Shown: positions 29,595 to 36,968 of the stretch, piece after piece
How positions within the stretch are numbered: position 1 is the stretch's first letter
Layout: each line of letters opens with the position of its first letter
Assembly: GCA_965223325.1 (NCBI GenBank)
Contig: CBDCWI010000002.1
Location: 2,784,001-2,848,000 of the forward strand
DNA from: Candidatus Multivoradales bacterium
GTDB taxonomy: Bacteria > Acidobacteriota > Thermoanaerobaculia > Multivoradales > Multivoraceae
Reading direction: 5' to 3'
DNA: 64,000 nt
The notes under the pieces: model-generated
Seen by the model: only the letters and a program-made list of their open reading frames with translations
Told to the model about the DNA's origin: nothing
Database searches by the model: none
Made by a program: the position numbers and the translations under genes

Positions 29595-32018
29595 TCAGGG
29601 GACCGTCCGGCTCCAGCCCGTGGTCACGCCGCCTTCGAAGCCATCGCCGAAGATCTCATTCGAGGTGTCTTCGAACACCGCGGTGCGCATCAGGTTCTGA
29701 TTGGCAACCACCGTGTGACTCCGATTGCCACCGTCCGACCAGCTGCTCCAGGTCCACGCTCGCTGCCCGAGCGTTTGTGGCGAGGGTGCCGCCAAAGCGA
29801 CACTGGAGCCGCGCACCACCGTTGCCACCAGCGGTGCAGCGACACTGCCACTGAGGCTCGCGTCACCCGAGACCTCGAGAACGCGGCCCGGTGGCACACT
29901 CACCAGGGTGACGGTCACCGTTTCGGGCACCAGGAAGACGCTGGTCTGATCGACCTTCGACGAGCTGTCGCGAGCTAGAAGCACCAGCTCGAGGTAACCG
30001 GGGAGTTCGAGATCTGGACCCACGAACGAAGCGTTCAGCCCGGTGCGGTTGCTCCAGACTTCAGACACCGCGCAGGAGCCCCCAGGAGGGCAATGATGGG
30101 CGCGGAGGGTCCAGAACAGTCGGTTGCCCGCCAACGAGCCGTCTTGTGGATCAAGCGCCGAGCCCGAATAGGAGATCGATTGCCCGACCCTCCAGGTCGC
30201 TCCACTTCCAGGTGTGTTGATGCTGGCCGTCGGCGCATTGGCGTCAGCGGTGATCTGGATCGAGGCGGTGTCGCTGGCTCCCTGTGGATCCGTGACGCGC
30301 AAGCGCACGGTCGTCGTTCCGGCACTGGCGAACGAAGCCACGGGGTCTGGCAGCGAGGAGTCGTCGTACTGACCATCGCCGTCGAGATCCCAAGCGAACC
30401 CCAGAGCGCCTCCGTCGGGGTCAAAGGAGCCCGAGCCGCGAAACGACACCGAGCGGCCCGTTGGTCCGCCGGCCTGGGTGCCCTCGGCCAGCTCGATCGC
30501 CGCGTTCGGCGAGCGGTTGCTCCCGTAGCGCAGTCGCTCGACGCGGCCCCCTTGAATGTCGACCCAGAAGATGTCCCCTTGCGGGCCAAGCGTCAGGTCG
30601 ACCTGAGCGGCGGTGAAGGGCTCGGAAAGAACGTCGCGCAGCGTCTCGGGGGTGCCGTCGCCGTTCTCGTCACGAATTGCCCAGACGCAGCCGCGGATGA
30701 AGTCGGTAAAGAAGACCGCACCGTCGTACGCCGCGGGATAGGGCCCGCCTCCGTAGACCGCCACGCCGGAAGGCGAGGCGTCACCACTGGCAGAACAGCC
30801 GCCCAGGGTCTGGTTCTGTCTGATCAGCAGATGAGGCGCCCGGTAGGGGGCGACGGGGCTCGCCGGCAAGGTGTGCGACTGACCGTGCATGCGACGACAG
30901 ACCTGACTCGAGTCGAACCCGGTTCGCCGAACGTCACCCTCGAAGCAAGGCCAACCAAAGTTCGACGGGGTCGAAACCGGCAGCGGCAATCGGTCGATCT
31001 CTTCGACTTCGTTCCAACCCACGTCGGCGATCCAGACGTCTCCTCCAGCACCATCAATCGCAAAACGGAACGGGTTGCGAAGCCCCCAGGCCATCAGACG
31101 CTGGGCGTTGGCATCGTTCCATGCAGAGAGCGGGTTGCCGGGAGCCGCCAATCCACTACCAGGGTCGATGCGCACAAGGGCACCGGAAAGCCCTACCGCG
31201 TCGCCAGGAGTCTCAATGTCCTGGGAACGGAGCGCGCCGCCCTCGCCAACCGGATCGTCTGGGAACTGATCGGAGGGCCAGGGTGCTGGCGGATCGCTGC
31301 CCGCTTGCCCGAGATCGGGAAAGTGAAACGACGCACCCTCGCCGCCACTTGCCCACAGCCAACCGTCGGCGTCGAACTCGAGATCGCCGACCGAGTGGCT
31401 CGGGTACTGCTGAAACCAGTCTTGCAGCAAGACCACCTCGGGCCCCACCGCCTGGTTCCCCTGCGCCTGCAAACGCGACAACCGGCCAGAGATCACGCAC
31501 CCTCCCGGATTGCCGTTGGCACCTGGTGGGTCGGGGCAGGTGTCGGCGTCGGTCGGCGGCACCGAACCCCACTTCGGGGGCCAACCCCGGCCAGCGTTGC
31601 GTGCCGGGTCGACGTCCGCGTCGGCACTGTAGAGGACATAGACCCAGGGGGAATCCGGAAAGTCAGGATCGAGGGCGAGGCCGACCAGGCCGCGGTCGAT
31701 GTGGTTCATCACCTGCTTGCGAAGATCGGCGAAAACATCGGGTGACGGGTCCGAGAGGCTGTCGTAGACCTTGACGATCCCTCTCTTCTCGGCCACGAAA
31801 ACCCGCCCGTCGCTGGCGAACACAACCGCCGTCGGCTCGGACAGGCCGTCAAAGACCACGAAGCGCTCGAACCCGGGCGCCAGGCCGTTGCCACCCGCAA
31901 GCACCGGAGACGAGAGCAGCGAGCTGGCTAAAGCGAGCATGAGGAGCGCAGCACGAGGGCCGCCGCAGCAGGTGGCCAGGGCTTGTCGCACGGAAAGAGG
32001 GCGAGTCGAGCAAGTCAT
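29595..32018 (-). CDS. exported GSDH (PQQ-dependent sugar dehydrogenase-like) beta-propeller with PKD domain and IFxDGFE tail
   Basis: DGRVFVAEKRG, RGLVGLALDPDF, WGLRNPFRF, ADVGWNEVEEI, NFGWPCFEG; SFDPDG..WDLDGDG PKD; C-terminal IFGDGFEGG; start uncertain. Confidence 0.85.
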   Translation of the reverse strand: MTCSTRPLSVRQALATCCGGPRAALLMLALASSLLSSPVLAGGNGLAPGFERFVVFDGLSEPTAVVFASDGRVFVAEKRGIVKVYDSLSDPSPDVFADLRKQVMNHIDRGLVGLALDPDFPDSPWVYVLYSADADVDPARNAGRGWPPKWGSVPPTDADTCPDPPGANGNPGGCVISGRLSRLQAQGNQAVGPEVVLLQDWFQQYPSHSVGDLEFDADGWLWASGGEGASFHFPDLGQAGSDPPAPWPSDQFPDDPVGEGGALRSQDIETPGDAVGLSGALVRIDPGSGLAAPGNPLSAWNDANAQRLMAWGLRNPFRFAIDGAGGDVWIADVGWNEVEEIDRLPLPVSTPSNFGWPCFEGDVRRTGFDSSQVCRRMHGQSHTLPASPVAPYRAPHLLIRQNQTLGGCSASGDASPSGVAVYGGGPYPAAYDGAVFFTDFIRGCVWAIRDENGDGTPETLRDVLSEPFTAAQVDLTLGPQGDIFWVDIQGGRVERLRYGSNRSPNAAIELAEGTQAGGPTGRSVSFRGSGSFDPDGGALGFAWDLDGDGQYDDSSLPDPVASFASAGTTTVRLRVTDPQGASDTASIQITADANAPTASINTPGSGATWRVGQSISYSGSALDPQDGSLAGNRLFWTLRAHHCPPGGSCAVSEVWSNRTGLNASFVGPDLELPGYLELVLLARDSSSKVDQTSVFLVPETVTVTLVSVPPGRVLEVSGDASLSGSVAAPLVATVVRGSSVALAAPSPQTLGQRAWTWSSWSDGGNRSHTVVANQNLMRTAVFEDTSNEIFGDGFEGGVTTGWSRTVP

Positions 32019-32124
32019 GAGAAGCACCGGAGCGCCCGCAAAGGGAGGCTCGTGAAGACAAGGATGACGCTTTTGCGATCGGCCAATCATGACACGAACA
32101 CCAGAGAGGAGAACGGATAGAGCC

Positions 32125-32182
32125 CGCCCACAGCGTTGGCAGTGCCCACCTCGTGGGCAGACGTCTGCCAACGATGTGGGCA
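32125..32182. promoter_or_regulatory. three 17-bp palindromes TGCC(C/A)AC-N3-GT(G/T)GGCA, putative enhancer (UAS) of a sigma54 activator
   Basis: cgcccacagcgttggca 32125-32141, tgcccacctcgtgggca 32143-32159, tgccaacgatgtgggca 32166-32182. Confidence 0.7.
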
Positions 32183-32246
32183 CCAGGGAGCCGCCGCCGA
32201 GCGCCGGACCCCTTGATTTCGGACTGATGCGGGCGGGCCAATGGGC

Positions 32247-32262
32247 TGGCACGACCCCTGCT
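32247..32262 (+). promoter_or_regulatory. sigma54 -24/-12 promoter
   Basis: TGGCACGACCCCTGCT matches TGGCAC-N5-(T)TGC, 65 bp downstream of the palindrome array. Confidence 0.7.
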
Positions 32263-32591
32263 CTATCCGAGGTTGCGGATCGGCGCCCAAATCCAGCTGC
32301 TCGCAACGCTGGCTGCTACTAGAACCAACTGGATCGCCGGTCCGCCGCTTTTCCCGCCGCTTCCCTCGAGATCCTCGCTAGCGGGCTCCAATTCCCCTCT
32401 CTTCAGGCGTCGCCCACCGCGCCGTGTGGCCCTCCGCAGGGGACCTTCGAGCCCACACCAAAGCGTCAGGCAGGGCGCAACTCTGTTGCGCCAGGACTTG
32501 GCATCGACATCCTGGACCTCCAGCCCTAGGGGGAGCATCAATGGCCGCCCGAGCTCTAACCGCCGCCGCAGCGTGTGATATCAAACCGAAA

Positions 32592-34064
32592 ATGTCTGGT
32601 CCTTCGCTTCCAAGCGAAAGCTATCGAGGGCTGTATCGCCTGGCGCGTCGCCTCCTCGTGCCGCGTAGCTACGAAGCAGCTCTCGATGACATCGTCGAGC
32701 AGACCCTGCAGCTGGTGGGCGCCGAGCGCGGCTTCCTGGTCACCGTCAAGGGTCAGCGTGTCTCCTTCCGGGTGGTGCGCAACTGGTCGCGCGCCGAACT
32801 CGAGCGCACCGACCGGGTGAGTCGCTCGATCGTTCAGCACGTCCTCGAGCAGAACGAAGCGATCCTGGTCCCCGATGCGCTCTTCGACGAGCGCTTCGGA
32901 GGGCGCTCGAGCGTCATCGAGCTCAAGACGCGCTCGGTCCTCGCAGCTCCCATTCGCGTCGGCGATGAAAACACCCGCGCCGTTCTCTATCTCGAGAATC
33001 AGAATCCAGACCGGCTCTTCGAAGAGGTGCAGTTCGAACTTTTCAGGCAGGTCCTGGGCATGGCCGGTGACCTGATGGAGTCGAGCGTCGCGCGACTGCT
33101 CTCAGAAGACGTCTCCGATGCCCTGGCCGATTTTCCGTTCGAAGGGTTGATGACCAGGAACGCTGAGTTTCGCGCCAGCCTCGAAGTTGCGGCGCGCGTC
33201 GCACCGAGTGAACTTCCCGTCCTCATTCAGGGCGCTTCCGGCACCGGCAAGGAGCTGGTGGCGCGTGCAATCCATCGCGCCAGTCCGCGCGGCAAGCGCG
33301 AAATGCAGGCAGTCAACTGTGGAGCCCTATCGGCAACAGTGCTCGACTCCGAGTTGTTCGGGCACGTGCGGGGCGCTTTTACCGGCGCCCACAAGGATCG
33401 CGCCGGCCTCCTGGTCGGGGCAGACCGCGGCACACTCTTTCTCGACGAGATTGGCGAGCTGCCGCTCGAGCTGCAGCCGAAGCTGCTGCGCGTTATGCAA
33501 TTCGGTGAAGTGCGCCCGGTAGGAGCCGAGCGGATGAGGCAGATCGACGTCCGGGTGATCGCCGCTACCAACCGGGATCTCGCCTCCGAAGTCGAGAGCG
33601 GCTCTTTTCGCGAGGACCTGCTCTACCGCCTCAACGCCGTCACCATCGAGATTCCACCTTTGGCCGAACGGCAAGAAGATGTCGCCCCACTGTTTCGACA
33701 TTTTCTCGCCCGCGAGGGCGATGGGACGCGCGAAACCACCGCCGACCTCGAGCACGCACTGCTGGCGTACCCCTGGCCCGGCAACGTGCGCGAACTCGAG
33801 AATGAAGCGCGACGCGTTACCGCTTTGACCGAGAGTGGCTCGACCCTCACTCCTGAGCATCTCTCCCCGCGCGTCTATAAGCATGACGACACCAGCGTTT
33901 CTGTTGCCACACCCGGTCCACCGCTCAGTCTCGAAGAGTCGGAGAAACGGCTGATCGAGCGCCACCTCAGGGCCAACGACGGCAACCGTACGCGAACCGC
34001 CAAAGCGCTCGGCATCAGCCGCGAGGGGCTGCGCAAGAAAATGAAGCGCTACGAACTGACGTAG
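32592..34064 (+). CDS. GAF-domain sigma54-dependent Fis-family transcriptional activator
   Basis: GAF domain, GASGTGKE Walker A, intact GAFTGA, FLDEIG, WPGNVRELEN, C-terminal HTH; alternative start 32541. Confidence 0.95.
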   Translation: MSGPSLPSESYRGLYRLARRLLVPRSYEAALDDIVEQTLQLVGAERGFLVTVKGQRVSFRVVRNWSRAELERTDRVSRSIVQHVLEQNEAILVPDALFDERFGGRSSVIELKTRSVLAAPIRVGDENTRAVLYLENQNPDRLFEEVQFELFRQVLGMAGDLMESSVARLLSEDVSDALADFPFEGLMTRNAEFRASLEVAARVAPSELPVLIQGASGTGKELVARAIHRASPRGKREMQAVNCGALSATVLDSELFGHVRGAFTGAHKDRAGLLVGADRGTLFLDEIGELPLELQPKLLRVMQFGEVRPVGAERMRQIDVRVIAATNRDLASEVESGSFREDLLYRLNAVTIEIPPLAERQEDVAPLFRHFLAREGDGTRETTADLEHALLAYPWPGNVRELENEARRVTALTESGSTLTPEHLSPRVYKHDDTSVSVATPGPPLSLEESEKRLIERHLRANDGNRTRTAKALGISREGLRKKMKRYELT

Positions 34065-34068
34065 CCGC

Positions 34069-35370
34069 CTACGCCCGCTGGCCGGTCGCCTCGAGAACCC
34101 GCATCCAGGTCTCACCCTCGAGATCGACGCGGCTGGGTTCAACGGCCAGCGCTACCGGAACGTGGGTGTAGTGCTGATTCCAACGACCGACCATCATGTC
34201 GGTGCGCCCAGCCATCGCCGCATGCACCGCGTGCTGCCCGAGCACCTGGCACAGCTCCGAATCGCCCGTGTTCGCCGGGCGACTGCGAATGATGTAGCTC
34301 GGATCGATGTACTTGATCGTGTGCCGAATGCTGCGGGCTTCGAAGTGCTCCTTGAAACGGGCACGCAGCAGGTCTCCGATATCCGAGAGCCTCGGGTTGC
34401 CCGACGGGTCGGTTTCACTTTGCGCCGCGTCAAACAGGTGTTGACCGGCGCCTTCGGCCACCACCACGACCGCGTGCCCGCGCAGCAGCAGGCGTTCCTC
34501 GACCTGTTGTAGGAGCCCCTCCTCTCCCTCGAGCTCGAAATGCACTTCCGGAATCAGACAGAAGTTGACGTCGTTCGACGACAGGCTGGCGTGGGCGGCA
34601 ATGAAGCCCGCGTGCCTGCCCATCAGCTTGACGAGACCGATGCCGCCCAGGGCCGACCTCGCCTCGACATGGGCCGCATCGATCGCGCGCTCGGCTTCGG
34701 CAACCGCGGTCTCAAAGCCGAACGAACGTTCGATCCAACGGAGATCGTTGTCGATCGTCTTGGGAACTGCAACAACTGCGATCGGCACGCCGCGCGCCTT
34801 GATCTCAGCCGTTAGCTCGCGGACGCCTCGCAGCGTGCCGTCGCCACCGATGGCGAACAACATCGAGATGTCGAGCGCCTCGAGGTTGTCGACCATGGCA
34901 GGAATCGACTGTGGCCCGCGCGAGGAGCCGAGAATGGTTCCACCTCGATGATGGATGCCACGCACTCTTTCGACATCGAGCTGCTCTGGAGGGTGTAGGC
35001 CGGGAGCCGCCAGGCCCCGGTAGCCGTAGCGGAAGCCCAGCACTTCCTCGACCCCGTAGCCAAAGTGCAAGGTCATGACGATGGCACGGATGACGTTGTT
35101 GAGTCCCGGGCACAGACCGCCGGCGGTGAGAATGGCAGCGCGCACTTCGCGGGGATCGAACGCCAACTGCGAACGCGGACCCGCGGCTTCGAACGCCAGC
35201 GGCACTGAACTGCCGAGCTCCGGAAGCGTCGATGCCAACAAGACCGGTTCGAGGTCGTCGGCGAGCGACGGCCTCGCGGTGATCAGCGGCGACGGAAAGC
35301 GCTCCTCGGCGACTCGGGCGATGTCGAGGTCAGCCGCCTCGAGCACCGCGTCTTGCTCTTGATTCGCCAT
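34069..35370 (-). CDS. pfkA: ATP-dependent 6-phosphofructokinase
   Basis: GGLCPGLN, GGTILGSSRG, IGGDGT, PKTIDND, KLMGR, YIDPSY. Confidence 0.93.
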   Translation of the reverse strand: MANQEQDAVLEAADLDIARVAEERFPSPLITARPSLADDLEPVLLASTLPELGSSVPLAFEAAGPRSQLAFDPREVRAAILTAGGLCPGLNNVIRAIVMTLHFGYGVEEVLGFRYGYRGLAAPGLHPPEQLDVERVRGIHHRGGTILGSSRGPQSIPAMVDNLEALDISMLFAIGGDGTLRGVRELTAEIKARGVPIAVVAVPKTIDNDLRWIERSFGFETAVAEAERAIDAAHVEARSALGGIGLVKLMGRHAGFIAAHASLSSNDVNFCLIPEVHFELEGEEGLLQQVEERLLLRGHAVVVVAEGAGQHLFDAAQSETDPSGNPRLSDIGDLLRARFKEHFEARSIRHTIKYIDPSYIIRSRPANTGDSELCQVLGQHAVHAAMAGRTDMMVGRWNQHYTHVPVALAVEPSRVDLEGETWMRVLEATGQRA

Positions 35371-35400
35371 AGAGCGAACCTTACCCCCCCATTGGCCTTG

Positions 35401-36741
35401 CTAGCGCGCCTGCTCGCCGAACACCGGAGGGCGACGCGCGAGAGCCCGAGGCCGCACCACCCGTGCCACTGGCGGCTCCTCAACCAGGAGCGACTCGTGT
35501 TGCAGGTGCTCACGGAGCACCACGGCACCGGCAATCAATGCCATGTAAAGCCTCGGGGTGATCGGGTTCTGGAGAATCGTTGTCTCGACGACGTTGTGAA
35601 CCAGAACCGTCATCAGCGCGGCCGCCAGCGCAGCGGCTAGCAACTTGATGTCGGGGTCGCGCGCCTTCTTCCACACCGAGCGCAGCGTCCAGAGAGCGAA
35701 CGGAGCCAGCGCCCACAGGAGAAGTGCGAACGGAAAACCGTACTGAACAGCTGTCGCGAGGTAGCCATTGTGTGGTGTGTTCGCACGCCAGTGCAGCGTT
35801 GGGTCGACATGCCACCCGGTGCCGAGCCACGGCTTGTCGACTGCCAGCTTCCAGAAGTGAGGCCACCGTTCCTGCATTCGCCAGACCATGTTCTGGTCTT
35901 CGAGCCCCTGACCAACGCTGAACATCCGTTGGACGGACCGGTTCTGGAGGATCTCTGGACGGGCGATCACCAGCATCACGAGAAGACCGACTGCCAGAGG
36001 CACCAGCCGTAGCACCTGTGAGCGCGCTTCGCTTGCCCGGGTCACCGCAACCGCCAGCACCATCGCCCCGACGAAGAGAGCGGCAAACGCCCCGCGCGAG
36101 CTGGCAAACAGCATGGCGCGCAGAATGATCATTGCCGCCGTTCCCCAGATTGCGGTCGCCGCGGCGGTCCGTGCGCCGAGCAGGCGCCAGGCAACCAGAA
36201 TCAGCGAACCGGCCAGCACGCCGCCGAGGTTGTTCTTGTCTTGCAGGAGACCGTGGATCGGGGCATCGCGGTAACCCTCCATACAGGCAACCACCGCCAT
36301 ACCCACCCCGACCACTGCAAACACCGAGAGCAGGCTCTCGAAGCGACGACGCTCGCGAAAGAGAACCAGCACCAGGGGCAGGTAGATCATCGGCCGCAGG
36401 ACGTAGCGATAGACCTGGTAGCCAGTCGAGAAAAAGCCTTCGAAGTACTCCGAGTTGACCGGCGCGACAACGAACGACACGGTGCGCACTACGGCCAGCA
36501 GGCACCAGGCAACCAGGAGGCGGCGCGGTAGCGGGCGACCGCCGTAGGAGCGAAACAGAACGCCAGCGCCGAGGAAGGCGAGCGCGATGTCGCTGATGTC
36601 GAAGACCACGCCCGAAAGCTCCCAGGTGCCACTCGACCAGTGAGCCAGCAACTCGATGTAGGCGAGCCAAGCGAGCGGCGCGCCGAGAGCGAGAACGAAG
36701 GCGCCGGCGACGACGGGCGCGAGAAGAGCGGTCGGATACAT
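35401..36741 (-). CDS. O-antigen ligase / Wzy_C family membrane protein
   Basis: Multiple TM helices, DKNNLG, SSRGA, R..W...PWLGTG, PHNGYL motif. Confidence 0.88.
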   Translation of the reverse strand: MYPTALLAPVVAGAFVLALGAPLAWLAYIELLAHWSSGTWELSGVVFDISDIALAFLGAGVLFRSYGGRPLPRRLLVAWCLLAVVRTVSFVVAPVNSEYFEGFFSTGYQVYRYVLRPMIYLPLVLVLFRERRRFESLLSVFAVVGVGMAVVACMEGYRDAPIHGLLQDKNNLGGVLAGSLILVAWRLLGARTAAATAIWGTAAMIILRAMLFASSRGAFAALFVGAMVLAVAVTRASEARSQVLRLVPLAVGLLVMLVIARPEILQNRSVQRMFSVGQGLEDQNMVWRMQERWPHFWKLAVDKPWLGTGWHVDPTLHWRANTPHNGYLATAVQYGFPFALLLWALAPFALWTLRSVWKKARDPDIKLLAAALAAALMTVLVHNVVETTILQNPITPRLYMALIAGAVVLREHLQHESLLVEEPPVARVVRPRALARRPPVFGEQAR

Positions 36742-36968
36742 GGTGTTCGGAACCTCTGATTCTACGGCAGCTCCTGGGCTCGAACAGCCGGCGCACCTGC
36801 CACGCGGTGCGCCATTTCACCGGAATCTCGGGTCCGAGAGGAAGCAGACGCCGGTCTCGACGGGAAACGTGCCCTCGAGCCGTAACGCCCGGCGCCAGAT
36901 CCGGAAGGACGCTCTGACACGACAAACCACGTCCCCCAGTCCGAGGGGACCTTGAAGGAGTCCCTCTC

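Noticed and set aside
30093-31745. 550-aa plus-strand ORF
   Set aside because: Antisense to the GSDH-PKD gene; no recognisable motifs
32273-32578. 101-aa ORF downstream of the sigma54 promoter
   Set aside because: TTG coincides with the predicted TSS, no SD, Pro/Arg/Ser-rich off-frame composition; not excluded but unsupported
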